From NCBI RefSeq assembly GCF_947568905.1, contig NC_079167.1, forward strand, positions 91,140,001-91,204,000: a stretch of DNA of 64,000 nucleotides. Direction: 5' to 3'. Numbering within the stretch: the stretch's first letter is position 1; the number at the start of each line of letters is the position of its first letter. The position numbers and the translations under genes were made by a program. Positions 1 through 38,354 of the stretch are shown here, one piece after another. The DNA is from Ostrea edulis (Eukaryota). Below the pieces are notes generated by a model. It was given only the letters and a program-made list of their open reading frames with translations. It did not search any database and had not been told where the DNA came from.

Positions 1-98
<98 letters not shown>

Positions 99-205
99 TG
101 ACGGTAAGCAATTTACACGCCATTGCTGTTGTAAATATCTTAGACATGAACATGTAAAATATTTAACCTTATCTTGTAATTTTTTTTTAACGTTTTCGTT
201 TTCAG

Positions 206-294
206 TTTATAGAATTCACATAAGTGGGGATACATATAAGCTATTACAAACCGGAACTTTCAAGTTCGAGGCACGTGATAAAATATCAGTCAAA
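206..294 (+). CDS. Guanylyl cyclase A, penultimate exon
   Basis: ttttcag acceptor at 204-205; (V)YRIHISGDTYKLLQTGTFKFEARDKISVK; gtaagt donor at 295; phases 1->0 fit both neighbours. Confidence 0.92.
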
Positions 295-308
295 GTAAGT
301 AACATTTC

Positions 309-756
309 TAACTTATTTCAATATCAGTGATTACATATATAACTTATTTCAATATCAGTGATTACATGTATAACTTATTACAATATCAGTGATTACATAT
401 ATAACTTATTTTAATATCAGTGATTACATGTATAACTTATTACAATATCAGTGATTACATATATAACTTATTACAATATCAGTGATTACATATATAACTT
501 ATTTTAATATCAGTGATTACATATATAACTTATTTCAATATCAGTGATTACATATATAACTTATTTTAATATCAGTGATTACATATATAACTTATTTCAA
601 TATCAGTGATTACATATATAACTTATTTTAATATCAGTGATTACATATATAACTTATTTTAATATCAGTGATTACATATATAACTTATTTCAATATCAGT
701 GATTACATATATAACTTATTTTAATATCAGTGATTACATATATAACTTATTACAAA
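309..756. repeat. 31-bp intronic minisatellite, ~14 copies
   Basis: Unit aacttatttYaatatcagtgattacatatat, inside the last intron of GC A. Confidence 0.95.
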
Positions 757-876
757 ATTAAGTTTCCAAAGTTGTTAGAGAAAAAAAATGGCATGTGCAT
801 CTGCATTGAGGGCTCGGAAATAGAATTTCGATCGTTCAGAAATGATAAATAGATTGGTGAATGTTTATTATTTTAG

Positions 877-1083
877 GGCAAGGGTGAAATGCAGACGTAT
901 TGGCTCCTTGGAGAGGATACACCCAAAGACATGCCAATCCTTAAAACGAGGAATGAACACTTCAACGAAAACACTTCGACATCGAACTTGAGGAAACCTT
1001 TCGAGCATTCGCAACAAAACGGAAAAAGAATATATGTCAGTTCAGTGGACAGCCTGTTGAAAGAAATGGACAGATTTATGTAG
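877..1083 (+). CDS. Guanylyl cyclase A, terminal exon
   Basis: ttttag acceptor; GKGEMQTYWLLGE... (conserved GC C-terminal KGKGxMxTYWL motif) to TAG 1081-1083; AATAAA at 1309-1314. Confidence 0.93.
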   Translation, partial: GKGEMQTYWLLGEDTPKDMPILKTRNEHFNENTSTSNLRKPFEHSQQNGKRIYVSSVDSLLKEMDRFM

Positions 1084-1839
1084 TATCAGTTTCAACAAAC
1101 CTTAGATTTCTTTTTTTTCAAAAGTGATAATCAACACTCTGGGTTGTACACATTATTCTAATTTTAATGTTGACTATTTGTGAACTGTATGGATCTTTAC
1201 TTATTCCGTAGAGGCATTTTTAATTTTACAAGTTTTTTTTTTAATAAGTGCTAAAATATTGTAAAACTGAATGAATACGAAAGCTTACAATATATGTTTA
1301 TACATGTAAATAAACTTGGATGTGTGTGTTTCGCCAGATAGTGCTAAAAGATTGTAATTTTGTGAATGAATATGAAAACTTAAAATACATGTTTATAAAT
1401 TATGAACAATCAGAAATCTTGGATGTATGTACGGTGCATATTTCACCAGATAGTGCTAAAAGATTGTGATTCTGTGAATGAATATGAAAGTGGTGGTGAT
1501 AAGAACTAACTGATGTCTTTCTATCTATTTATTTAATTGACAGAATCAATCTCAAACCAGCGTTATCTTTCGTCTCTTATAAGCACTTACCTCTGTTCGC
1601 GGATGACAAGTGTTAATATTTTTACAGTGATTTTAATCTTAACACACAAGTAAAGAAGAATATGTAGTAGTCTTCGTGTTTTACTTGATTTTGTACTATT
1701 CCGCGATACAATTCCCTGAAAAACAAGTACATTTTAGTCACGATTCAGCACAACTCAACAAGTAATGCTTAAAACTAGGAAAAACACTAAAACTAGGAAA
1801 AACACTAAAACACAGTGGACATGAAAGTATTATGTTGAA

Positions 1840-1988
1840 AGAAAGGTGAAGATAACGAACGGTAATTTCATAAATCCCATAAAGAATACAAAAATAAGAT
1901 TAGGGCAAACATGGACCTCTGGACACACCAGAAGTGGGATCAGGTGCCCAGGAGGAGCAAGCATCTTCCATTGATCGGTCACACCTGC
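1840..1988 (-). mobile_element. Naiad-type Penelope element, 3' tail fragment
   Basis: aaaggtgaagataacgaac...gtgggatcaggtgcccaggaggagcaagcatc, the same tail as the RT-bearing copies at 12.6, 44 and 56 kb. Confidence 0.75.
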
Positions 1989-2843
1989 AAATGTTTAAAG
2001 TTTTCCAAGAATTTTTGATTGCCAAAAACTTAGGAAAGCGAATAAAACGTTGACAGAGGTGTATGTGAAAGACAGACGACAACTCTGAGTAGAGATTTTA
2101 AGAAATCATGTATACTGCAGTAAAATACTGCTATTTGTGTATAAAGAACAATATGTTGTTGATTATTTAATATTATGTTTATTTTCTTAAAAAGAAAGTC
2201 AAAATAAAAACTATTTATTTGCGGACCTACATTTCAATGTCATTTCACAGAAAATTACCACGCATTTACATTCAAAATTTGTAGACCTATGGAAGTTCAT
2301 CTGGTATCAGAAATTGCGAAGTTTTCTTTGCCCCATTCTCCTCGTTTACGTCAGACAGGGCATCTGTAAGATGATGCATGATAATCGGCATCAAAATGAA
2401 ATGGAATTGTTAATACGATTTTGGTTAACAAGATTTCCAATTAATTACCATTCAATGAGACGTAGCTTTTTACGATTATTTCGTTGACGTCATTCTGACT
2501 TCCGGAATCTTGCTTCTCGTTGTACCCAGAATCGTTTGACGAACTTATTTGACTAATTTTTCTCGTTTTGGGCTTGTCCTCTGGAAAGAAGGAACAAATT
2601 TATGTATACCACAGAGCTACTGAGGTTCATTTGTTAAAACCAAATGAAAAAATACACAGAGTATAATAGGTTATACTTACTATACGAATTAAAATTCCTA
2701 TCGACAGCTTGTAAACCAGTAACAATCAGAGTTAAAATATTCTGGTAAACTATACTAGGTACATGTTTATATATGGTTATCAAATACATCAATTTGAAAA
2801 ATGACAATTTTCATTATATATATACAAATGTTATAAATGGTCA

Positions 2844-27232
<24,389 letters not shown>

Positions 27233-29182
27233 TGTTCTCGGTCTTTAACCCATGATGTTGCATGCGAGAGAATATTCCTGGAACTGAAGAAACGAAGCAC
27301 TCCAAATCTCCACACCAAAGTTTATGAATATATGAAGAGAGGTCTTTGTATATGTAGAACGTGATTTGGTATTGATCGAATTAAAGCCGCTCATTACTGA
27401 ACATCAAACAACAGGCATGTGCAATGTTTGACAACTTATTCTATGTGATTAACTACCATGTGTTTGAAAGGGCGTTTTAAAATGACCAATATTTAAATGA
27501 ACCTCGGATAATTAAAAACTCTCGGCTTTCGTTGAATTTGGACCCTCTTTACTCGATTGGGCCGATGTTTCCTTTACCGTGTAAACAAAATTCCCCTCCT
27601 ATAAATGAGTCTATTGAATAAATTTCCAATCAAAGTACCATTCAGAGGAGCTGTGGTCACAATGTACATTAAATACGTCAACCAACATTCAACGGTCATT
27701 CTTGAAGGACTTGGCGATGTATTTTAAGCGCTTGAATTCCAAGGTCATATCCTATAATATACCATTTCGCTTTTTCGTGTTATGAATAAAATGTGTGCTC
27801 ATTTCCAGATTACAATTTTCATTTTAGGTTTGTCGAAGGGATTCATGGCTTCCATCATTTCTCTATATAAAGTCGATGTTTCCCCCAGAATGAAGGATTA
27901 GTTATTGATTAGCATCAATTTGATTACCGTAACAACTTATTTAGTACTCCAAGGATATATTTTTGATAAGCACATTTCAGTGTGTATAATAGCAATTTAC
28001 TGTGAAAGAAGTCTCATTTGCAATGATGTTTTGTTTTTATGTTCATCACAAAGTATGTCCAAATGAATTGAGTTCATCATCAGATACAAAATATAAAAGA
28101 ATCAAAACAGTGAATATATAGTTCACGAATCGTCCGTCTTTCAGAGCAGATGAATGGCGCGAGTAGAAATGATACGCTCTAATGTTGCGATGTGGAATGG
28201 AATTACCTGCGTAGCAAGGACAACGAACTCAATTTATATCATCCATGTGTGTTTACGCTTAATCATAGTGCTTTTGAATACATGTGTATAAAGTGTTATG
28301 GGCATATTTTTTTTTAAATTATCAACGTTTAACAAAGCTTACATTTATGATCTACACGAGTTCATTAAGTGAATGGCTTCAATAATAAAACTAAGCTTAA
28401 CAATGTCCAGATAATTTACGTCCTTATCATTGTATCGATTATGAACGAAACTTGAATAGCTTTAATGTCATTATAGAATATCCCAATTTCTCTAGTGTCT
28501 GATTATAGGTAATCGAAACAGTGTCTTATTTCATAAAAACACGCAATTCTCTGATTTAAAAGAATTGGCACTACATTAGAGGCTATTGATGAGATCTGTA
28601 CGATGCCTAGACAATACGCAATTTCCGAGTTGCCCAATAGTTCTTTCCCTTTGTGGAACTCTTACGCACAGTGAGACGCAAACATACTATCGTCCACACG
28701 AGGTGGGTACAATTGCTTATCGCTGCCTTCATATATTGCCTTAAGGCCGATTATCAGACATTATGCAACCACCCAAACTGCAGGGACACACAATACTAAT
28801 AAGTTTTTTAGTATTTGATAATAAAATAGCTCAAACAAAAATCGGTAATCACCATTTTTCTTTGATTAAAATGTCACTCGTGCAGAGGAGGAAATAAAAA
28901 ATAATTTGATATTTAATTTGATGACATAATTCAAACAAATATTGTTCTTGATATGGTCAGTTTAATGTATACCAACGGCTGATATAAACAAAATTTACAC
29001 TTTCATTACTTTATCCGTATTTACATAGTGAGTCTATAGTATATGTATACATCTTGTACCCACTCAAGCGTTCAACAGAACACTGAACGTACCTCCATCA
29101 CAAAAGAGCTGATATCTCGGAAGTTGCGTATTAGGGTCCAAGCAATATATTTACGAGATCTATGAGACGCCTAGAAAAAGAG

Positions 29183-29305
29183 AAGGATTACTCCATTTAC
29201 CTGATCAAAATATAGGGCTCTCGGCGGGTGTGACCGGTCGACAGGGAATGTTTACACTTCCTAGGCAACTGATCACACCTCTGGTATATCCAGGGATCGG
29301 TGTTT
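29183..29305 (+). mobile_element. Naiad tail fragment
   Basis: ggattactccatttacctgatc..atagggctc..gcgggtgtgaccggtcgacaggg. Confidence 0.75.
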
Positions 29306-29380
29306 GAGACGCTGAGACAAAGAAGGGCAAAACTGATAACGATATTTTATAGACACATTAAAAAGAAGACTCAAAGTAGA

Positions 29381-29625
29381 GAGGTTTCAAGCTAATAACG
29401 AGATATATGAGACGCCTAGACAAAGAGGTTTCAAGCTAATAACGAGATATATGAGACGCCTAGACAAAGAGGTTTCAAGCTAATAACGAGATATATGAGA
29501 CACCTAGACAAAGAGGTTTCAAGCTAATAACGATATATATGAGACACCTAGACAAAGAAGTTTCAAGCTAATAACGATATATATGAGACACCTAGACAAG
29601 GAGGGTTCAAACTGTTGACGAGACA
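29381..29625. repeat. 44-bp minisatellite, ~5.5 copies
   Basis: Unit gaggtttcaagctaataacgagatatatgagacgcctagacaaa. Confidence 0.92.
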
Positions 29626-30123
29626 TTCAGACGCCTATGAATTCAGTGGTAAATGTTGACATATTAAGAATCTGTAACTCGTGAACACTAGTTAATGCTT
29701 TAAGGATCACCATATTTTCAAGATAAGCATGTTCTGGTTTCAGATAAAATATCAAAAATTTAACTAAATATACATGCACGTGTAAAACATAATTCGTTAA
29801 TAGGAAAAGCATTCCACGGTTGAGAAGATAACCATCATCTTGAATATTAATTATCAATAATTTTGCTCTACAAAAGTGTGGGATGGTCATTCTAATTACT
29901 AGTAATTAGCCAGTTTGAAACGCGTATCACCACCTGCTATTTTTCACATTTGTGTTGGATGATAATATTGATCAAAAGAAATTCAATGTAAATTGTATGA
30001 CCGCGATTGAAACGACATATTTGTGACATTAATTTAGCAGTTACGAAATAAAGCTATTAATTCAATTGAATATTTGTTTAATCATTTTTATTAGAGGATC
30101 CACCATGTCAAACTGTGAGAATA

Positions 30124-31158
30124 TCTTCATGAAGATTTCATATTCAAAACATACAACATCTTCATGAAGATTTCGCATTCAAAACAAACATCTTCATCAA
30201 TATTTCATATTCAAAACATACAACATCTTCATGAAGATTTCACATTCAAAGCATACAACATCTTCATGAAGATTTCACATTCAAAACATACAACATCTTC
30301 ATCAAGATTTCATATTCAAAACATACAACATCTTCATCAAGATTTCACATTCAAAACATACACATACAACATCTTCATGAAAAATTCACATTCAAAACAT
30401 ACATCTTAATGAAGATTTCATATTCAAAACATACAACATCTTCATGAAGATTTCGCATTCAAAACAAACATCTTCATCAAGATTTCATATTCAAAACATA
30501 CAACATCTTCATGAAGATTTCACATTCAAAACATACAACATCTTCATCAAGATTTCATATTCAAAACATACATCTTAATGAAGATTTCATATTCAAAACA
30601 TACAACATCTTCATCAAGATTTCATATTCAAAACATACAACATCTTCATCAAAATTTCATATTCAAAACATACATCTTAATGAAGATTTCATATTCAAAA
30701 CATACAACATCTTCATCAAGATTTCATATTCAAAACATACAACATCTTCATGAAGATTTCACATTCAAAACATACACATACAACATCTTCATGAAAAATT
30801 CACATTCAAAACATACATCTTAATGAAGATTTCATATTCAAAACATACAACATCTTCATCAAGATTTCATATTCAAAACATACAACATCTTCATCAAAAT
30901 TTCATATTCAAAACATACATCTTAATGAAGATTTCATATTCAAAACATACAACATCTTCATCAAGATTTCATATTCAAAACATACAACATCTTCATCAAA
31001 ATTTCATATTCAAAACATACATCTTAATGAAGATTTCATATTCAAAACATACAACATCTTCATCAAGATTTCATATTCAAAACATACAACATCTTCATGA
31101 AGATTTCATATTCAAAACATACATCTTCATCAAGATTTCATATTCAAAACATACAACT
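30124..31158. repeat. 32/35-bp minisatellite with higher-order variants, ~30 units
   Basis: Unit atcttcat(g/c)aagatttca(t/c)attcaaaacatac(aac); the ORFs here are repeat artefacts. Confidence 0.95.
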
Positions 31159-31984
31159 TGCTGTATCTAAATGTATAAATGCACCTTGCTCGATAGTTGT
31201 GCATAACTATGTGTAAGAAATGTTTTAAAAGGGCTTTGAAACGTAAGATTATTTATCTAGAATTATTCATCAACATTGCCCCTATTCACATGAATGAAGC
31301 AGTTTACATACATGATTTGAGTCTGCTGTCTAATTCCGTGATGTACATGTATTCTTTGTATTCATTATTATAGTCTCGATATTAATTGAAATATGGTATA
31401 ACTTTAAAAAATATATCCAATTTCATGAGTTAACCCCACCGTTGAAATATCATTTGTACATTTTAACGTGCATTTAGAAGTATTTGTCCATAGATGATTT
31501 CTATATGAGTTATATAGAGAAAGAATACCTGTCTATATGTAGTCCAACTTTGTCATAGAGCCAAATTAAACGAAATTTCGTTTTTTACATCCTAAGAGAG
31601 AATCTTAATCGGTTTTTTAAATTTTACCATGTAAACTAAAACTAAAGTTCTTTAAAACGTGGATCTATGAAGTGTTGATTTAAGCGGCCCCGTGTTTGGT
31701 TACTTTATGATTTAATCCCAACGAAAGTTTAATAATCCGAACTTAAATTCAATCGTACATGTGTAAGTGCAAACTGAATGGTTTAGTAATAACAGTAACC
31801 TTTATGGACTTGGTACACTGATCCTTTTTTTAAATAATGGTTTATGATTGCTGTATATCACTGTTTCAGTTTGTTTGTTTGTAAATACAGGGGAATAAAC
31901 TTGCCATCGAAAGTCATGTAGAAATGGATAAAACTTGGGAATTCATATTTAGGAATTTCAGTGTTGTCGCCTTTTAACATCTTT

Positions 31985-32290
31985 ACAAATTGTAATGATG
32001 GACATTTCCTCATGAACGCGCTGCAGTTGTAAACAGTGCGCGTATGAATCTTGATGAATATAGAACGATTATTTCAACAGCTGGAAATTCCGATAGAACT
32101 GCAGGTAGAATGTAAAGGAACAAATTTCAATTTTGAAAAAACCCATTGGGGTATGAATTGCGATGCTTTACAACACCCGACTTCATGAAGCGCTTTAAAT
32201 AGAAATAGCGCTAACGTGTTTCATGAAATATGCCGGCGTGAGGACTCGCAGTTTATATCCTAATTCATTCATGTTTATTTCTTAAATCTA
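31985..32290. mobile_element. Palindrome-containing element, copy 3 (reverse orientation)
   Basis: catttcctcatgaacgcgctgcagttgtaaac flank plus gtatgaattgcgatgcttta.../...ccggcgtgaggactcgcagtttatatcc. Confidence 0.55.
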
Positions 32291-33687
32291 CAAGAATTCA
32301 GATGAACCTATAGAGCTTTCATTATAGCCTGTTCATTTGAGCCAGAAGCGCATACGAACAAGTTTCTTTTTTCAATAGATGGAACTGGTTGTTGTGAACA
32401 AGGCGTATAAAGTTTGAAATTACAGGGACCTGGATAGGATTTGTAGTTAACATTCATGGGAGTATACCGAGATAAAATTCCCCCATATTTGACCAACGAG
32501 AATAGCTTTGCTCAACTGTCGTCTTACAATGCCTTATGTACCCTACCAATCAGTCAAAAAAGGAAATAAGAGATCATATGGTTTAAAATCTGTCCAAATT
32601 ACTGTAAACGTATCTAAACTCAATGCATAGGGACCAGGAAGCCACGATATATAATCATTCATAGACCGTGTTTAGCAAAGAAACAAAAGATCAACATTGT
32701 TAATCTACAAAATAACATCAAACACCTTTTCTTCAATGTACAAGTAAAATTATCTACAGCTGGTGAGATCTCAATATGAGTGTGAAATATTCTTGAAGGG
32801 ACGTCAAACTTCATGTAATGCTAAAAGGATTGGAAAATAGGCTAAATGCCCGTGGAACTATATATGTGTTATTGGACCTAACACAAATATGAATACTTTC
32901 CTGATCGTTACACAAACCTGAAGAATTTTACTGCTTTAAGTTCCAAAAGATTACTGTACGTGTACCCATTTTAAAGGGATTCAAATTTTAGCGGCTTTGT
33001 CAAGAAACAAGAGCGCTAATTAAAAGTTGCGTAAAAATATGAAAATGTCTATTTATCCATTACCATACTGATAAGAAGCGCTAAATTATGATTACGCTAA
33101 ACAGTTCATCATTTTTGACTCGGTAAAAAAAATTGACACACAAAATAAGCAAACAGTCAGTAGTATGCAAAAGTGAGTTAACCAACCTCCACTAACCAGA
33201 ATTTGAAGTGTCTGTCTCCAAATAAAACTCAGTTTTATGTTTCCTCATCCATATATTTTTTTTAAATCATCTTTTCTCCAAATCATTTCCTGTTTAACAT
33301 ACTCAGAAAGGTAAAAATGTTATCTTTGTTATTGAATCTTTGTCACATTCCTTAAAAACATGTTTTTCTTCTGATAGATAAACTTTGAATTCTAAAGAAT
33401 CTATTATACACCCTAGGTAATAAACAAAAATAAGTATTTCTTAAATGACATAGAACCTTTTCGAAAATTCAACAAGTCAAAAAATCTGCCTCAATCAACG
33501 AATTGTCTGTGGAATAAAAGAAATCCCTCGTTTCCGAATGAAAGCAAAACTGTTTTACAAATTATGTAATAATTTAACTCTGGGAGATGAAGCCAAACCA
33601 TGAAATAAAGCACATAATTTAAGACGGTTAACCAATGTATTGATAAAAGGTGGGTCAAGGTGTTGTAAACTACTCCATGTATGTACA

Positions 33688-34098
33688 TGAAAAGGTGAAG
33701 ATAGCGAACAGTGATCAATCTCATAACTCCTATAAGCAATACAAAATAGAGAGTTGGACAAACACGGACCACTGGACACACCAGAAGTGGGATCAGGTGC
33801 CTAGGAGGAGTAAGCATCCCCTGTCGACCGGTCATACCCGTCGTGAGCCCTATATCCTGACCACGTAAATGGAGTTATCCGTAGTCAAAATCAGTGTGCC
33901 AAGAACGGCCTAACGATTGGAATGAAACACATCAGACAGCATTTGACCCATTGATAGGTTATATAGACGATCGTATTGACTTTCAGACATGTCTTTCCCT
34001 TACATTGATGAAATTTGAAGATAACGAACAGTGATCTAAGTCATAATTCCTATAAGCAATACAAAATAGAGAGTTGGGCAAACACGGACCCCTTGATA
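33688..34098 (-). mobile_element. Two tandem Naiad tail fragments
   Basis: Tail at 33688-33975 and a second partial tail at 34008-34098. Confidence 0.8.
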
Positions 34099-34589
34099 TG
34101 ATCTCATATATAGGATTAGATGGTTACTAGTATTTGCTTTCTTGATTTGCAGTTTGTCTATCTTAACCATTTCAGCAAGAGTTACCATTGAAACAATAGA
34201 AAGTCCCATAATTTTTCAAACCATCCGAAGCATGCCGTCTCTTTATCGGACATTTGGGAGTACTTTACTCATTGAGGTTTGTATTACTTGCCGATTGAAC
34301 TTCGTACATGACCCACATATACATACTGGACTTGGATATCCGTTGATCTCTAGAACAGTCGTATGCATATGTCTAAATATTGTGTCTACTAAGTTTTTTT
34401 CCTGGAAGAAGTTGTATTTCAAAGTCAAAGATAGATAAGATTTCCAAACTTCTGGAAATTCTTCTTTGAATTATTTAAGGCTAAATAGTTATAATAACTA
34501 TTCATGATACGTACATCATATCAAGCAGATATTATCTATAAAATTGACGAAATGCTTAACTGCAAGTATTTCCTGAGGAAGTATATATT

Positions 34590-35030
34590 GAATCACCATG
34601 CGGTTAAATCACTGTAAAGAATGCATCCATCCGCACCTTGCGTATAAACCATTGCTACTGGTTCAGTTATCAGAGTCTCCAAGCTTCCTGGAAGGATTCT
34701 ATCCATTCAATACAAGTGTCCTTTCTCAGCAATGTGGTCAGTGGATTGACTAGTGCTGAGAAACCGATGATAAATCTGTGGTAGTATAACTAGCCATTCC
34801 TGCTAAATGACGAACCTCTGTGGCATTCCTTGGTGTGCGCTACCGAGCTAATTTTCTAACTTTGTCGGGATTAGGGCGTACCTAGAAATATAATAGAAGA
34901 CTGAGCAGTTGACATCTCTCTTGAGTTAGCTTGGACAAAACTTTCGGGCTCAAATGCTCCGAGAAAGCATAAAGTATTTTTGTAGCAAAGCTAAAAAGAT
35001 TGTTTTCTTTTCTGATTGTTGCCTCGTAAA
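34590..35030 (-). mobile_element. Ty3/Gypsy pol remnant (RT thumb to RNase H)
   Basis: Frameshifted VRPNPDKVRKL..TPRNATEVRHLAGMASY..RFIIGFSALVNPLTTLLRKD..EW..EP...ILYSD. Confidence 0.75.
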
Positions 35031-35039
35031 GGTATTTCG

Positions 35040-35400
35040 CATAAAGGGACACCTCTAGACCAACGAACGCCACTGATTTAATGATTTTTTTCCTTTGCTA
35101 TCAAGAGAGGAAGAATCCTATTCATTTTGGTGTTCAGTGATCAAGGTTACTAAGGGGCTTAATAGAAAAAGCTTGTGGACACTCTAGAGGCCGCAATTTT
35201 GCTCGATTCATTTGATACTTCACGTGTAACTTTCTAATCAATCGAAGGTCATTAGGGGAATAGAAAAAGTCAGCACACACTCTAGAGGCTGCATTTCATC
35301 TGATATTTCACATATACAGTGTAGCTTTCTTTTTGATTTTGGTATCAATAGGTCAAGGTCAATAGCGGACGTAATAGAACATCCTTGTAGACACTCTAGG
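35040..35400. mobile_element. Decayed HINE-like internal repeats
   Basis: Three cttgt(g/a)gacactctagagg units with ggtcaaggtc motifs. Confidence 0.4.
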
Positions 35401-35524
35401 AAACATATTATACATAATGTATTTCAATAAATCTGTATTTAGATAGATCCTTTCCTGATTGCCTACATTGCCTGTATTTAGATAGATACTTTTCTGATTG
35501 CCTGCATTGCTTTACCGACTTTCT

Positions 35525-35710
35525 GTTGTTTTATGCTCCATTCTAGTGGAAAACTTTTCACTCAAATAGGAAGGCACCCAGCTGTAGGTGAAGCGACATA
35601 TGGTGCTCAAGGCCTTGGCAGTGTGGATTATTTACAGTGTTAACATCCACCGTGGCACTAGATCTATGTCCGTAAAGTCATATTCGAAAGAGTCATTGGT
35701 CATTTTTACA
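35525..35710 (-). mobile_element. Old SINE 3' half
   Basis: ttttcactcaaatagga..cagctgtaggtgaag..gtcatattcgaaag, resembling the 45318-45605 copy. Confidence 0.5.
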
Positions 35711-35971
35711 AAAACATTTTACTACTAAGGTATTTTTGTCTCTGTCTTATGCTCAACTGAGTAGAACTGTGCCCCCGAGTATGAATTGAGTTTCATCACC
35801 AATGTATACACTTAACTTTGCTCATTTAGAAATATGTGAGAGAAGATATATAAGAGTTTTAGCGTTTTGAAAATTATAATCGTGTGGATTTTTGTGGAAA
35901 GGGTCAATTGTAATTTCGAGTGCTTGCAAGAGAATAATCGCTTCTTATGGTAACGTTTTAGAACCGGCGCA

Positions 35972-36047
35972 GCCACCGAGATGGGGATTGAATCCGCTAC
36001 CTCCCGGTTGGGAAACGAGTGGTCAAACCACTAGGCCACCACGACTG
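35972..36047 (-). pseudogene. tRNA-like sequence (SINE head or tRNA pseudogene)
   Basis: The minus strand has A-box TGGCCTAGTGG and B-box GGATTCAATCCC at tRNA spacing; acceptor and anticodon stems pair poorly. Confidence 0.55.
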
Positions 36048-37294
36048 GTCATCTTGGTGTGAAAATGCAATTGGCGGTGCCAAAACACTTGAGTGTGTGA
36101 CGTATCACTTGTAACTACCATAGCAACAGTCCTTTGAAATTGGGTCAAATTAGAACATAAAGACCGGTTTCTATTTCTGCTTCCAGTAGAAACAGAAACC
36201 GTTCTTCGTGTTCTAATTTGACCCAGTCTCAATCGGTTACTACCCGGATTCAAAATCATTACAACACTGATTATAGGTAATTGTTCCAAGACTCATTCAC
36301 ACATTGTATAAAGTACATAGACAATAGTCAAAATTTCAAAATCAAATGTAAAATCAACGTCGAAGATAAACGTTGATCCAACGTTTAGTGCCTGCTGGAC
36401 TATGCCCTTGTCAGCATCCCACTCTCTTATATACTCAATGATTTACTCTTTTGTACATTCATTCCTACATTAGTTATCTAGTCTGCAGTTATGCTCACTA
36501 TTTCCAAGATTCCAAGGAAGTCACCGAAATCTCTCCGCATTCAATTATTCTTCTTACGGTTAACTCAATTTCCTGCAGTTTTTATGGGAATGTCTGAAAC
36601 TCAACAGATTTAATTTTAAAAACTTACAACAATAAATTCTAATTTCAATCTCAATCAGGAGTGGTTTGTCACTCTACGATCTCTAGGTTAGAAAGTGTGA
36701 TAACAATCTTACTAAATCCAGTTAACAAAAATTTTATAGCTAACGCTGAAACGCTCAATTTTCTAATGAAGTCCTAGCTATTTCTAAAGATTTTTTTTCT
36801 ATAAAATTGCAGACAAATCTAAATCCAAATTCCTACAAGACTTCTCGGACATAATCTAACAGCAAATCAACAAATGCACCAGCTTTCCTTCACTAAATGC
36901 ATTGATTGTTGACCACATTAGACATTTCCTAAATACATGGAAATTCAATAACTTTCTTAAATCTATAAACATTGTGTTTCAATTCCAACAAAGTAAAGCT
37001 TCCAGCTAATGTTTATTTCTATTAATTACAGAATATGACGAACAGTCCTAACGTATCTTCTAAATTAATCCCAAAGTTCCAGTTTTGTGGGAAAATAACT
37101 CTTAATCTTTTAAAATTTCGGTTCTAAGTACATTATATCATGAATAAAGAAGATATTAGGTATCTTAACATTTCTCTCTTTTATTATACTAAAGCAGGAT
37201 GTTGAAGTCGCACAGTATCAGAAAACAGAACGTGATATTTCCTAAAACGGTTTCTTGACTCCTGAAAACATTTACATTTCTAATGTTTTTGCCT

Positions 37295-37595
37295 TGGATA
37301 TATTCACAAATTGTAATACTTACCATTTCCCTCCTGAACACGCTGCGGTGGTAAACAATGTACGTACGAATAAGGAATTACTTGATAAATGCAATATGTC
37401 TATTTCAACGCCTGGGAATTCCAAGAGAGATAAAGTAGAACGTAAATATCAGAATTTTGAAATTACATGAGGGTGTGAAGTGCAATGCTTCATGCATAAT
37501 AAGTTAACGCGCTTCATGGAATATATATGCTGGCGTGAAGCGTCGCTGTTCATACCCTCATGCATTTTCAAAAATGAAATTTAGTTCTTAAATAG
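37295..37595. mobile_element. Palindrome-containing element, copy 4
   Basis: catgagggtgtgaagtgcaatgcttcatgc../..gctggcgtgaagcgtcgctgttcataccctcatg plus the shared flank. Confidence 0.6.
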
Positions 37596-37989
37596 ATAGA
37601 TGTCAACAACTAAGCTGAATCAAATGAATTAGTCATATATAAGCAAATTGACCACGTACTCCTGTAAGATGAGTATAACCGGGGCAAAATTGCGACATTT
37701 CTTTTCACTGCGTCCACTGTATGTGTATTTAATGTATGACAGAAGTATATGTACTCATCTAGAAAAGACGTAGTGTTGCTAAAAATAAAGAACATCATCA
37801 AGAAAACTTACATGTACGAACATCACGAAGACATTTCAACCCTCAATAATTTTGTTACTACGCAAGATTTATAAAAAAAAACAAAAACGTGCACTTCAAA
37901 ACGAGTCTGTTTATATTTAGTAATTTTCGCGTAAACATGGAGAAATGAACATGCCTGTTTTTGCCACCGCCATCTTGGGATGACCAGAA

Positions 37990-38354
37990 CTTAACGTATG
38001 TCCTATCCAGCCCCATTTTCTTTTCTTGATGTCCTGACCGATTGGATTTTGGCTGGTTCTTTTCCATAGTTCTACGTTCGAGATCTTCTCCGGCCACCTG
38101 GTGTTGAGGGTGTGGCGCAAGCACTTGTTGACGAATGTCTGTATCTTGTTGGTGATGGTGTTGGTTACTCGCCATGTCTCGGATCCGTAGAGGAGGACTG
38201 CTTTGACATTGGTGTTAAAGATGCGGACCTTGCTGTGCTGGGATAGGGCTCTGGAGTTCCAGATGGGTCGCAGGGTGTTGAACACTACCCTTGCTTTGTT
38301 GATCCGGCTCTTAACGTCCACGTCTGCGCCGCCATCAATGTTAACCACGCTTCC
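37990..38354 (-). mobile_element. RTE-clade LINE fragment (RT C-terminal region)
   Basis: Open frame [63 protein letters not shown]. Confidence 0.88.

Noticed and set aside
30164-31170. Repetitive ORFs (MKISYSKHTTSSSRFHIQ...), and similar ones at 3429-3767, 45935-46192 and 60692-60997
   Set aside because: They are translations of tandem repeats with no splice or homology support.
35972-36047. Functional tRNA gene
   Set aside because: Pol III boxes are present but the acceptor and anticodon stems do not pair; kept only as a pseudogene or SINE head.
36300-37200. Possible very old LINE endonuclease remnant (LLDYALVS...) on +
   Set aside because: Only one short motif is visible; too decayed to support a call.
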